From NCBI GenBank assembly GCA_026026165.1, contig JAPEUD010000018.1:62001-126000 (forward strand): DNA of 64,000 bases, written 5' to 3'. Source of the stretch: Sarea resinae (taxonomy: Eukaryota). Below the pieces are notes generated by a model, which was not told the DNA's origin, ran no database searches, and saw only the letters and a program-made list of their open reading frames with translations. Positions 1-12,800 of the stretch are shown here, piece by piece. How positions within the stretch are numbered: the first letter of the stretch is position 1; each line of letters begins with the position of its first letter. The position numbers and the translations under genes are program-made.

Positions 1-1976
1 ATGTCGCCGCTCACCGTGCGAAGAGCGGTCCATTCCACGGCGGAGTCGCCGCCGCCTCTCACAGTGACCTATTCAAGAGTCCCGTAAGCCGATTTGGACG
101 ATATATCATTGTCAAAGAACATCTCTCATCATGCATAGTCTTCCCTGAGGAAACCAAAGGCAAAGCGATGGGATCGTGAGTCTCTGCTCCGCCATACGGT
201 GCGGTCTCGATGCCATTGTCTTGCGTACTGACCCGTCGCACAGACCGTCTGAATCTGGAGAGCACTTCACGAACGGTACGAGGATGAGAGATCATTTGCA
301 TCAGGCATGAAGGCTAATTTCGACCAGTCGACGACTCTCAAAGGTCTTGCCAGATACCTTGCAAAACCTGGTAAGTCGTTTTTAAAACTGCCGCGCCGTG
401 GGCTTCTACTGACTGGGATACCACAGGCATGATATCTCTGGGAGGCGGTCTTCCTTCAAGCCATTACTTCCCTTTCGAGGAAATCGATCTCAAGGTCCCA
501 GCCATCGGCCATTTCACGGAAGAAGAGACTCGAGAGTCGGGCAAAACTTTACGCCTTGGAAAATATGATGTGGCCGAAGGAAAGGGTTCATTTGGTGGGT
601 TGGAAGGACGATAGCGTCTGATCGGAATATTCAAACTTAGCATGCTGACGGAATGGCAATTGCTTGCTGCAAGACCTCTCGATAGCTCTGAACTACGGCC
701 AAGGAACTGGGTCAGCACAGATGCTGCGGTTTGTGACCGAACATACCGAGGTATGCTATTCGGCCCTTTGGAGGGTTTCCGTCGTAGTGTCTGACCAACT
801 CAGATTGTCCACAACCCCCCTTATCAAGATTGGTCGTGTGCCATGACCGTTGGCAGTACCTCAGGCCTGGACATGGCTTACCGCATGTTTACGAACCGGG
901 GCGACTTTATCCTCTCGGAAAAATATACCTTTGCGACCGCCATCGAAACAGCTGCCCCGATGGGTGTCCGTGTCGTGGGCATCGAAATGGACGAACAGGG
1001 TCTCCTCCCCGCCGACATGGACGACGTGCTGAGCAATTGGGACGCGGCAGCTCGAGGGGCACCGAAACCCTGGCTCCTCTACACGGTGCCTTCAGGCCAG
1101 AACCCCACGGGAGCCACGCAGGGTGTCGAGCGTCGGAAAGAACTTTACAAGGTAGCGCAGAAACACGACGTCTACATCGTCGAAGACGAACCCTACTATT
1201 TCCTCCAGATGCAGCCCTACACGGGCCCGGACAGCCCGGGCGTTCCGCCACCCGCCTCCCATGAAGACTTCATCAAGGCACTGGTGCCATCGCTGCTCAG
1301 CCTCGACACCGACGGGCGCGTGATGCGGCTGGACTCTTTCTCGAAGGTGGTTGCCCCGGGCTCTCGAGTGGGTTGGATCACAGCCTCGGACCAGATCGTC
1401 GAGCGATTCGTGCGGCACAGCGAGACGTCGAATCAAGGTCCCAGCGGCTTCTCGCAGGTCATCCTGCACAAGCTGCTCGATGAATCGTGGGGCCATTCTG
1501 GCTACCTGGATTGGCTCATGCATATCCGAGTCGAGTATACGCATCGCCGAGACGTCATTCTGAAGGCGTGTGAGAAGTATCTGCCACGCGAGGTCGCGAG
1601 TTGGAATCCGCCCATGGCGGGCATGTTTGTTAGTCTTTCCCATCCCACCATTTGATTTCTCTCATCCCTCCATCCACCGAGATACCGTCCACTAACCCTT
1701 TTTTTCTCTTCTACACAGCATTGGATACGCATCGCGCACACGCTCCACCCGCACTACCCGAAAAAGACGATCCTCGAGCTCGAAGACGAGCTGCTACACT
1801 CCAGCATCGACCGCGGCGTGCTCGTGGCGCCGGGCAGCTGGTTCCGCACGGACAAGGAGTCGGAGCCACACGAGCTGTTCTTCCGCGCCACTTTCGCCGC
1901 CGCCCCCGCCGACAAGATGGACGAGGCCATTCGACGCTTCGGCGAAGCGTTGCGGGTCAGTTTTGAGCTGGTGTGA
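1..1976 (+). CDS. ARO8: Aromatic amino acid / 2-aminoadipate aminotransferase (class I PLP), multi-exon; N-terminus lies upstream of the window
   Basis: Spliced translation gives VAAHRAKSGPFHGGVAAASHSDLFKSP, MISLGGGLPSSHYFPF, DLSIALNYGQGTGS, LYTVPSGQNPTG, IVEDEPYYFLQ and the PLP-lysine motif RLDSFSKVVAPGSRVGW. The last exon reads FFRATFAAAPADKMDEAIRRFGEALR and ends at TGA 1974-1976. Several GT-AG introns (e.g. 84-139, 371-426, 751-803, 1629-1718). Confidence 0.93.
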
Positions 1977-2139
1977 GGGGGCTGACTAGAGGGATGGGAC
2001 GGCATGTGACGGGACGGCCGGGGGTAAGAAGGACAAATGAAATGGAAAGGGGCATGGAAGAGTGGTTCAAATGATAGAGCATGTCGTTGAATGGAGGTGC
2101 ATGATGACAATATCCATACAGACCATGGACAACGGAGTG

Positions 2140-3355
2140 CTGAGTTTGAGACTGAGTCCGAGTTTGAGTACGAAACCTGTACAACGAGCTGACTTCGCAT
2201 CCGTTGGCCACATGAGTATGAGTATGAGTATGAATAGCACGGCTTGGGCGGGGTAGGGGCGGGGTAGGGGGGGGTTTTGTTTCGGTTCAGCCGTGATTCT
2301 TGGTTCCGAGCACACAGACACACAGACACAGACACATAGATTTCTCAATCCAATCAAAGATTATATCGGGTAATCTACGCCATCTTCCCGTGATACTTTA
2401 CCCTCTGTTCTTCTACTCTGCTACTCTCCTGCTCCTCTGCTCCTCTGCTCCCCTGCTCTCCTGCTCTCCTGCTCTCTAGCCTTTTTCTCTTGCGAGCGAG
2501 TGGGAAACAGGAAACACGAAAAAGCGAAGAGCAAAGGCCAAAAAAAAAAAAAAAAGGACATATGACAGCCTTGAAAACACAAACACAAACTCATGGAAAC
2601 CCAATGGAAAACCGAATCCCGAAAATTCAGATTCGAATCGGGATTCATGGATTGATGGATGGATGGATGGATGGATGGATATAGTTAGGTAGGTGGTTGG
2701 ACACGTTAATCGGACTCGGACTCGAAGGAGGAGGACGTGGATTCGGATTCGCGTCCTTTTTTCGTCCTTGGTCTTTTACTTTGTCTGCCTGTTTGGTTTG
2801 GTCGTAAGCCTGTTTGGTCGTATGGCTGGGTGGCTGGCTGGTTGGCTGGCTGGGTGTCGTATGTAGCTGGTTTGTTGGTTTGTTGGTTTGTTGGTTTTTG
2901 GTTTTTGGTTTTTGGTTGTGGGTTTTGGGATTCAGATGTGGGATTTGGATCTGGTTCTGGTTTTGGTTTCAGTGGCTCTTGGCTCGTGTAGCACTGTCTA
3001 GCACTGTCTAGTCCTGTACAGCCCTGTCCAGCCTGAACCAGCCCGGCAAGAGGGGGACGAGGGTGAAGAGGGTGAAGAGGGGGGGGGGGGGGGGGGAGGA
3101 AGACGAGGCTAGAAGCCAAGTCTCCCAAAGCATAGGAAAGAAAGAAAGAAAGAAAAAGACAAGAGAAAGAAGAGAAAAAAAGAGAGCACTGAAGTAAGCC
3201 AAGATGCACACTCGTATTGAATTCTCCTATCTAGGCGGAATCGATTTGGTTCTGATGGATTATGTAGGTGCCTGACTGACTCCGTACTCCCTACCCCTCC
3301 TTCCCCCCTATCCATTCTTCCTTTCTTCCTTTCTTCCTTTCTTTTGTTCTTTTGT
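2140..3355. repeat. Microsatellite/low-complexity cluster between convergent ARO8 and UTP23
   Basis: (ATGAGT)n, (ACACAG)n, CTCCTG-type repeats, poly-A, (ATGG)n, (TGGC/TGGT)n, G18 run at 3079-3096, (GAAA)n. Confidence 0.9.
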
Positions 3356-3359
3356 TCTT

Positions 3360-4788
3360 CTATGTCTCTGCATCTGGTCCGTCGTCGGCCTCACCGCCGT
3401 CACGGCGAGTAGTGCGGGGAGCAGCACCAGCAACAGCAGCACCGCCATCGCCGCCGTGCCGACGCTTCCTCTTCCGTTTTCTCGCCTCGCCTGAAACAGT
3501 GCCGGCTGTACTATTCTCGTCATCATGATCATCATCATCTGCGCCTCCTGCGTTTCGACCTCGCTTTTCGGCGCCGCGGCTGCCGAGACCGCTGCCATGT
3601 CTGTCCTGGTTGGTTTCTGTAGCAGTAACAGCAGCAGCAGCGCCAACGCCGTCGTCGCCGTCGGGGTCTGTTGCTTTTGATGCTGATCTTGAGTCCGGGT
3701 TCGAGCTCGAGGCTGTGGGTCGGGGTCGGCGGGTTGATGTGGTTGTGGATGTGGATGTAGGTTTCGACGACGAAGTCGAAGGAGCGGCGGGTTTCGCCGT
3801 TTTGGCTTTCTTGACGCTGAGTGGGTTCGGGCCTTTGGGACCCTTTTGTTTTTTCTTCTTGGGCTTTTCTTCGGCGGCCGAGGGCCGAGTGTCTCGGGCG
3901 CCTTCCCGTAGGGCGCGACGGTCTTGGTTCTCCTGATGTTCGTCGTCCTCCTCCTCATCATCTCTCTTCCTCTTCGCGGCCACCCCGGCCCCGGAACTAC
4001 CAGCGGACCTCGCCCCCTTCAATCCCGCCCGGAACTTCCCCCGCTCCTCCCTCTCCCTCAGATCCGCCGTGCTATCCGCCATCGGCTCCAGAATCATGAC
4101 GCTGCGGCGGATATAGACGAGCGGCACGCCAGGGATGTCGCGGAAAAGGGCGCGCACCGCGGCGTCCTGGCACGCGACCACGTAGCGGTGTTTGTTGGTG
4201 TGCGAGCCCTTGGGGTCGAGGATTGAGCTCAAGCAGGCTTGCGTGGAGAGCGGAGCCGGTAGTGTGTGGTGATTGCAGCGCCGCCGTTCGTACGTGCGCG
4301 CTTCGGCGATCAGCGGGTCCGGGTTGAGCGGCGGCGGTGGTGGTGCGGATGGCGTTTCTATTGTGCTGGCGGAGGCGGTGGTGCGGGACGGGTGGGGGAG
4401 CGCGTAGAGGTGCCGCATGCTGCATTGCGTTATCACTGTTATAGAGAGAAAAGAGCGTTAGTAAAATCTCAGTGCGTCGATAGACAGAGACAAGGCCAGA
4501 ACAGAAGGCTATGACATACTCGGCTTGACCTTGCCATGCAGTGTACGTTCCAGACTGCGCACCAGGTCCATCTTGTAGCGCGCTGCGTCTTGTATCATCT
4601 CTGCATCCACTGAATCGCGAGCGCATCTCGCTGTCAGCGGTGTGTTTCCTTCTCTGTGCTGCGGGAAGTGCAGGGAACAGGGACATGATCTAGAACATAC
4701 CCAAGACTTGATAGGGCTCCCGGAAGCCGAACGTGAGACCATATTGCTGCATCAGCTTGCGGTATTGTTTCGAGCGTTTGCCGCGCAT
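3360..4788 (-). CDS. UTP23: rRNA-processing protein Utp23 (PIN domain, SSU processome), 2 introns
   Basis: MRGKRSKQYRKLMQQYGLTFGFREPYQVL / VDAEMIQDAARYKMDL / MITQCSMRHLY / YERRRCNH / YVVACQD / IPGVPLVYIRRSVMILEP and C-terminal KGPKGPNPLSVKK. ATG at 4788, TAG at 3360-3362. Confidence 0.93.
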
Positions 4789-5641
4789 GATGGGCAATGT
4801 GTGTCCGCTTGATGGATGTTGGTTGTGGGGTGTTTGGTGGTTTGCAGATTTCGAGGTTCGGAGTTCTGTTGTAGTACGTGCAGTCAAGGTTTACAAAAAA
4901 AAATAAGCGGTGGTCTGTGCACGATACGATACACGGCCCCTTACCCAAGTGGGTAGGTTGCGATGTTGATTTACATCACATCCGTTTACGGAACATTATC
5001 ACCGACGTGGGAAGATGTATAAAGATGGGCGTAGTCTCAGAAATGATTTCAAATGTCCGTTGAGGACTCGACTCGGCCCTTTCTGAACCGGGTTCTGCAT
5101 TTTTATGTACAATACGGTTCAGGTACGGATAGCCAAGCCGCGAATTGCGGGCTCTGGTTACCGGCGGCATGGTCTCGACGGCAGTATGAGGGTGCAATCG
5201 TCTTCTGAAAGAGCTAGCTAGTGGTGATTGGACTGCGTTGCAACCCTCGTTGAGTACGCCGTGTTCCCCAGCTCTTACAATTTCAAAATGGTAGCTTGTC
5301 GATCCGTTCGTGAGGCTTCCGGCCACCCAAGCACATTCTGAGCCGAGCAGGTCGAAACGGCCACGCCGAGATACAGAGAATGATGACCAGTCCCACGAGA
5401 ATTCCACCCTCTCGAAACAGGTCAAGGCGAAAGAGTTGGCCGTGTGTGTACTGCAGGCCCTTCTGTCCCTATGATATGTCCTATCTTCCTCTGGGAGAGT
5501 ACAGGTGTCCAAAAAGACCGTAGTTTTCGATGCGTCGTCATCGTGCAGAGCCTTCGGCATCGGTCTCTCCTAGCGATAAGGCTGCCGCAGTGGTCATTTA
5601 CATGTTCTTGAGCGATCCGGAATCTTGACGGCCGTGGTATT

Positions 5642-6913
5642 TCAGCCCTTCCTTCGACGACATATCGCCGCAACTACACTGATATCGTCCAGCTTCCCTG
5701 GATATCATTAGCAGAAGTCTCTCGCATGAGGCAAGGTTCACAAACCTCCTTCCATGGCTAGACCCTCCTCAACCGCTCTCTCCATAAAGGGACTCTCAGC
5801 AAATGGATCCTGGGCAATCACTCTTGCGGCTTTCATCAATTCATTGGCCACAAACTGCATTTCAGCTCCCGAAGCCGGTGCAGATGCTCTTTCTTTCAGG
5901 TCCCTCCCACCTTCCCACGACTCCCACTTCGCTAAGCTGTCCACAACGCTCTGCAACACCTCGTGCTCCCAAAGATTGTCTACCACGCCATCCGACATGG
6001 CTAGGACCACGTCATTTTCCTCAATCGGCACCTTTTCCATAACTGCGTTTTCTTGAGGTGTATCTGGACTATTGGTCCCCAGCTGGCGCGGACAATCAAA
6101 CCAATGCCATTGTTCTTTGGTTCGATAGATGACTTCCTGCTCGCGAGGCCGGAGTACCAAGATCTTGGAATCGCCCAAGCTCGTCACGTAGAGAAGTGGA
6201 TGAGTTGGATTCTCGCCGACGACGTGATGTAATAGGGCCGAGCAAGCAGTGGTCGTGCCATGCCACGGGTTGGGCGTCGATGTCGCTGTGACCGTCTGCT
6301 CATATGCTTTCTGGAGGTATTTGACGGGATCCGGCTCCGCGCCATCATCAGGATATGCTGCCACCGACTCGTCTCTCTCGGCCTCAAGAGCCCAGAAATG
6401 TAATATGAGTCTCGCCCAGAGTCTATATCGCGTTAGTGGAGTGTATAGAACTATCTTCATTTCAGCTTACGCCGCATGACCTCTCGGTCTGGTCGCCCAA
6501 GCCCCAACGCCATCATCGGCACCTATGAAGTTCTCGCTCACGATGACCGCATCGTCACCATTCGTTATGCCTCTGATTATTTCTCCGTTGACATACGATC
6601 GTCTGTCTCTGCTCCGGTGATGTGTGCTCAACGGATCCGAGAAGGAGCCCGAGGGGAACGAAAAGAACGGAGGCGGGAAAGGTCGAGAGGCTCTCTTGGC
6701 GAACAAGGCATATCCGGTATCAAAGTAGAAAGGTGATTTCGATGGAGGCGGGGGCTCCTCATCGGGGAGGGAAGTCGACGTCCCTGACTGCGAGAGGGCC
6801 TCGGTCGAGTCGGAGTTGGACGAGGCCAGCCGCCAACATGCCTGAGGATATCGTCGGGTGGCCCATTTCTGGAGCGCGCCAATTCGAGATAGTGGGGAAT
6901 TCGATCTGATCAT
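5642..6913 (-). CDS. PP2C-family (PTC7-like) protein phosphatase, probably mitochondrial, 2 introns
   Basis: TNGDDA, GADDGVGAW, GTTTAC, LGDS, QWHWFDCPRQLGTNSPDTP, AMSDGVVDNL, and last exon GGKLDDISVVAA ending TGA 5642-5644. The N-terminus is Arg/Ser-rich and presequence-like. Confidence 0.9.
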
Positions 6914-9886
6914 GCCAGAGCTTGGAATGGCAACGACACCGGCCTGTCGACCTGCTGTGTCCGCGCTGTTTGCTGAGGGTCAGCGACTCCCGCATGAGGC
7001 GGGACAGCAACAACACGTGATGATTGTGCCTTTCTGTCTTGGTCTGCGACAGCTCGGACGCATGCGCTGATGGAGAATGAACAGAGAGATGACCCTCCAC
7101 GGTGCTGCGACAGATACTTCGGTATGCAGAGGCGATCCAGTATCACACGGCCATTGGGATGGTCATCCGTACAGAGTACTCAGTCAATTCAATTGGGTGT
7201 GGTTACGGGCGCTGGCCATCAATACTGAGGGGCTCGACAGTTGTTTAGCCATGTACGGAGTACTCGTAAGGTGGTAGGTAGGTATGTAAGTACGGAGTAT
7301 GTCGGTACTACTACGTAGTATGTAGGCGGTAGGTACCAGGTACAGAGTACAGATGGGCGGTCTTGCTGGGGCTGAGGTACGGAGTGCTGCGGTACTCGGA
7401 GAGGAAGAGGAGCTGCAGTTCCGCGGGTGGAGTGCGCAGTGGAGTGAATGGCAGGTGGAGTGGAGCGATGATGTGCATAGTCGGCAGAGGTACCTGTGGA
7501 GTACCTCGCTACACGTCGGTACCTACCCTAGGTACCTTAGCCCTGGAGGTTGCCGCGATTGGCGGTGCACATACCACGGCGGAACGTACCGTATGGTCTC
7601 TTAGTAACGATCTGATAAGCGGATGCAGATGCTGAATGTGTAGGCAAGGTACACTGTACGTCCGTACCCCAGAAATCCAGTCGGAAGCGTCATGGCGTGC
7701 TCGGCCATCACCTCCTACCTTTTACTACTCGGGTGCACAGTAGGAGTCGTCTTGGACTTTCTTGTCTTGATCGTTACTCGTACTGCTTGCTCCTCAAGGT
7801 ATCATGTGCTCGGACCAGTCGAGGCATTGAACATGATGGTTGCTGTCGATGGGGCTTTGCATGCTTTTAAGGATCCCTTTGTCATGCACCCGACTGCGTA
7901 CCTACTAAGCTCCAGTAGTAGTACCTCCACCTACCATTCCAGACCTTAACCCTGGCCCGGAGGACGCGCGGAGTTCACTTCATGGGACCCGACAGCAGCC
8001 CTGGAGTCGCCAAAAATAGCACAGAACCGGCACTTGCGACCTTCCGGAACTCTACGGCGTAGTACATGCGAGATAGGTATGGAGCAATCTTACACCCTAA
8101 GGTACCTACCGCCACAACGCTACGAGTACTCCGGAGTAGACGAGAGCAAAGTACTGAAGTAGGCAGTTGGGGAGGGCCCTTTCTTGCTTTCAAAGGAGAA
8201 GGTCAGTTACCGTCCCAGGGAGCTCGGAGATGGATGCATGCCATCTTCAAGGGCTTGGGCCCGCTTCTCCTGCCATTGCTCTCGCAGCCCTGCAGGTATT
8301 TGAGGTCAGATCCATACCAGATTCCCTACCAGGCCGTTTCCCGCCTCCCACATCCTGGAACAGCCCTGGAGACACGGAGCCACGGAGCCGTGGAGTACCG
8401 GTGTTTGACACGGTGCGGTTTAGTACATCCATGGGTTGATGCGCGGACACCGCCTGGCCGCATCAGGGGTCTTTCCGCCTCCATAAGATCACGAATCGAA
8501 CGAAGTGTTGAAGCGGAGATTCTCCCGTAGATCTAGTTGCTCTGATCACTACTCCGAAAGTAATCCCCCGTATTGATGATGCCGTCCCGATTGGGGTCCA
8601 CAGCCAGACAGACGACTGCATGCGCGGTAAGACATGTACGAATGGCGTACAAGAGTGATGACGACGTTGGCTGACCTCCAGCTGGTCTTGGCTAGGTGCC
8701 CTCCCTTTCTCATCATGGACGGGGCTAATGGATGGCCAATTGACCGTCCGGGCAGGTGCCTCGACTCCCTCGCCAGGCCTGGGCACAGAGGCACTAAGAC
8801 CTCACTTGGCAGTAGTTTTCCAATCGATCCGGGCCTGAACCGCACAGTTCTGCTTAGACCAAGGGCACCTCTTCAAACACGGGTAGCTATCTGAAGCGGA
8901 AGGCAATAGTAAGGCGTGGAAGGGCCGGGCAGAGGATACCTTACGTTTCGTCGTGGGCAGTCCAGCCGGCTGCCCGTGGCCCATGCTCTTACTACTCTTA
9001 CTACTCTATTTGACTGACAACTGGAGAAGCGAAGCTTGGAAGCCGGCCAAGTGCCTCGATCAATTCCAGTAGCAGAGAGTGCTGCGTAGAGTACAGCGTA
9101 GCGGAGTAGGTAGAGTACAAGTAGCCGTTGGTTGCCATCTGATTCGGGTTCTTGACGCTAGGAAGAAGATGCTGCGGTCGATCCTTTCCACACACCCTCA
9201 TCGTCAGATCCTTCAAGAAAACCACTGCGTACTAGGAGACATCTCGTGTGGACATTCGCTCACTTGCTCACTCGTTCGCCGCCAACAGGGATACGGCCAA
9301 GGTTGCAGCACGCCTGGAGGCAAGGTGAGGTACACGCTACACAGTGCCCAGGTAGCAGCAGGTAGTGCCCGGTCACCTCCACCCTACGAGGGTACGGCCA
9401 CGGTACGGACTTCCCTGCCTCTCGTACCGAGCAATCCGCCTTTCTTGCTTTCTCTCACTCAGCAGGCCGTACTGTGAGTACAGACGGTCCGACATCTCTA
9501 CTCGACCTGCCTGCCTACCGATCGAATATTCATTCACTCTTGTCAACACAACCTCACCTCACCTCTCCTCACCTCTCCTCTCTCCTCACCTCGTTTCTTT
9601 CTTCTCCTCTACTCTTCTACCTCTCTCACCAAGGTGTCTCTGGGAGACATCTTTCTTTCACCCTACCTACCTCATCGCCTCCCTCTTCCTATCATCACCT
9701 GCCGACATCTTTGGAGTACTTCACCTGCCGTCTTGGCCCGTGACGCAAACGGTACCTGCATTTTTGTTACGAGTTGTTTTTAGAGACCCTTGGCCGGATC
9801 TTGCGGCCACCATCTCCGTAAGCTGGTGAAGCCAGCAACCGTCGCTCGTTGAAGTCAGAGTTTGTTTTCAATAATAATACGCCAAG

Positions 9887-12800
9887 ATGGCTCCACGGTC
9901 GCGAGGTGAGCTACTGTCGATTCCTCGTGCTGGAGGCGTTGCCCTGGGACCTAACTTTGTCTTCCACAGTCATGTCGTTCATGTCAGCGTTCGGCGCTCC
10001 GCCGAAAGCTGCTACCATGGACTTGCCAACCAGCAACCCTCAGCCTCTCCGAAAGGAAGCCCGGTCGTTCTCTGCACAAGCTGCAGCTCCCGTGAGAGAT
10101 TCACCAACACCTCCCCGAACCAGGGAACGTGCTCCGTCGAGACCGATGTCCATGGTGCAGACCTACCAACCACCGTTGATGGATGTGGCCCAAGACACTC
10201 TTCCAGAACTACAGCCGATCTTCACATTCCTAAACAGTCACTCCAACAAATTGTATCAGGAAGGATACTTTTTAAAGTTCAACGATCTCGATACCAGTGA
10301 GTTGTTTGCTTTGAGAAATTGTAGTCACCGGCTAATACCTAGCAGATGGAAATCCAACGAGAGGGCCGGAACATGCTTGGAAGGAATACTTTGCTCAACT
10401 GGTTGGCACGATATTGTCGTTGTGGGATGCAGACGCTCTGGATGCTGCCGGACAAGACGGCGAAGTCCTCCCGACCTTCATCAATTTATCAGACGCTTCA
10501 ATCAAAATGGTCAGGATCAACGTGCCCTCGCTGTATATGCATGAGCTGACGGCATATAGATCAAAGAGATTCCTTCAGAGTCTGGAGCTTTGGAGAATGT
10601 GCTTAGCATATCAACAGCAGGCAAAAACCGATATCTCTTCCACTTCAATTCCTACAACTCATTAACGCAATGGACGGCCGGTATTCGCTTAGCCATGTTT
10701 GAACAGGCGACTCTTCAGGAGGCCTACACGGGAGCGCTCATTGCTGGGAAAGGCAAGATGCTCAACAACATTCGAGTGATTATGGAGAGGTCGAAGCTCA
10801 AGACGGAAGATTGGGTCCGCGTGCGTTTCGGCGCTGGCACACCTTGGAGACGATGCTGGTGCGTCATCACTCCTCCGGATGAGAAAGAATTTCAGAAGCA
10901 TCAAAAGGCCCTTCGCAAGAGATCAGCTTATGATCGATCATCCCTTGTTCCGAAAGGTGATGTTAAATTCTACGACGCCAAAAAAATCACCAAGAAGACA
11001 AAGCCCATCGCAAGCATATCGAATGCCTATTCAGCCTATGCGATCTATCCGCAATCGAAGGCTTTGATTGATCACTCTACACTGGTCAAGGTAGAGGGGA
11101 CCATCCAGATCTACAACCCCGAGTCTACGACCGAGGGTTTCGTGTTTGTTATGCCTGAAATTCACCCGGCTGTAAGTGGCTTCGAGATGATGCTCCGCTG
11201 GCTTTTTCCTGTCTTCGACACCTTTGGCTTGTACGGCAGGCCAATTCGGTTAGTCGCGGACACTCTGGATGTTCGTAGCCTGATGTTCGCAATGCCCAAA
11301 GAGCGGCGGTACGGTTATTTGGAGTTGCTCGACGTCGCAGGATTGATTCATACCGACGGCAGTAGCGAATGGACCGACCGGGAATGGCGCAAGAGAATGA
11401 AAGAGTTAACTTCGAGACGGATGACGGCATTCCAATCTGCTACGAGCAGAGTCGGCAGCACAAGGATAGCCCGGCGGAGTACTACTCGCAACAGCCGCAC
11501 AGCAAATCTAAAATTCGATGACGGCTCCTCGATAAGATCGTCACCGTCAATGCGTCAATCACAAGCTATCTCTGCTAGCGAAGATTCGTTGGTCATGGGC
11601 CCTCGGAGGACAGATTCAGCGCCGGCGTCCGGGTTACCTTATACGGTCCATCAACGCTCTGTCTCCGAGGCGCAAGGTTTCAGGCGTTATCAAAGCGAAA
11701 TGCCCTCGCGCTTGTCTCACGAGGCAACCCTGCCACGACTTGAAGATGGCGATGAAGGACCTCCCCCTCCTCCCCCACCGCACGCGGTCGCTGTTAGAGG
11801 TCAGGCAGATTACGATGACCGGTCGAGCCCAGTTCCGGGAAATAGTGAGCGAAGCAGTGAGCAGAGCAGCCTTGAAGCCGATCAAAAGAAGGATACCACG
11901 ACGACAGACATTTATGAGTTGCAGCCGACGTCGCCAGTGGGACCGGTTGCTTCGCCACCGGCCTTCTCCCACGGCCCTGGAGCAAAGATGCCTCCTTCTA
12001 AGCTATATCATTCTCCTGAACTCAGAAATGCCAATAGTCGTATGTCGACCGCTACGCTTGCACAAATGCGTTCCGGTGGCGACTTGGCTGCAAATAGCGC
12101 CGCAGCTGCCTGGAGGGCAAGCCCTGATGGATTGAGAAGTGCGGGAGATGAGGGGAATGGCTACTCGGGGGCGGAGGGAACGAGAGGGGTATTTAAGACT
12201 GCAGATGCTACCATCGAGAGGATGACTGCTGACCAGACTAAAACCGAAGGGTTGGTAACTCCGAGGGATAGGCAAGCCAATAGCGTTTCTCAGATGACGC
12301 CTGATTCTCGCTCTCGAAATATGCCACCACAATACTCTTCTATAGCCAAGGCCAGTGCACGAGAGGCCCTGCAAACTGGACAGCAGCGTGGTCAATCGAA
12401 TCAAAATGTCTCGTCATCTACCGCACCTTGGCTTGGTACTCAGGTCTCTTCCGACCCTATTACATATGCTCCCCTCGATACCAGACAGGAATCAAATGGC
12501 CGGATTCCCTACACTAATTCGGACGTTCCGAGGCCTTCTAATGATCCAGCTACGAGTCCAAACCAGGCACCGGGACGTTCAGACCAGCAACCTATTCCTT
12601 TAGCATCCGGACAAAGCATCTTACGAAAACCCGTTCCTGTGCGATCACAACCGCTTCAGCCTATTGATGCCGATGGCTCTGAACGGACGTCAAGTCTGGG
12701 AAGTTTGCAAGACCATGTATTTGACCCAGAAGCCCTAGACAAAGTCATCGCTCGCATTCCATCTCGGCCCTCGGATGATGATGATGATGATGATGCATTC

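Noticed and set aside
1974..1988. Stop-codon readthrough (TGA CTA) or cryptic PTS1 at gene ends
   Set aside because: Checked the stop contexts of most reconstructed genes; none showed TGA-CTA or an SKL-like extension.
4976..5560. 194-aa minus-strand ORF between PP2C and UTP23
   Set aside because: No recognisable motif and atypical composition; lies where the PP2C 3' UTR is expected.
7692..9829. Numerous short ORFs in the PP2C/PH-gene divergent region
   Set aside because: No coding bias or motifs; consistent with promoter and 5' UTR sequence.
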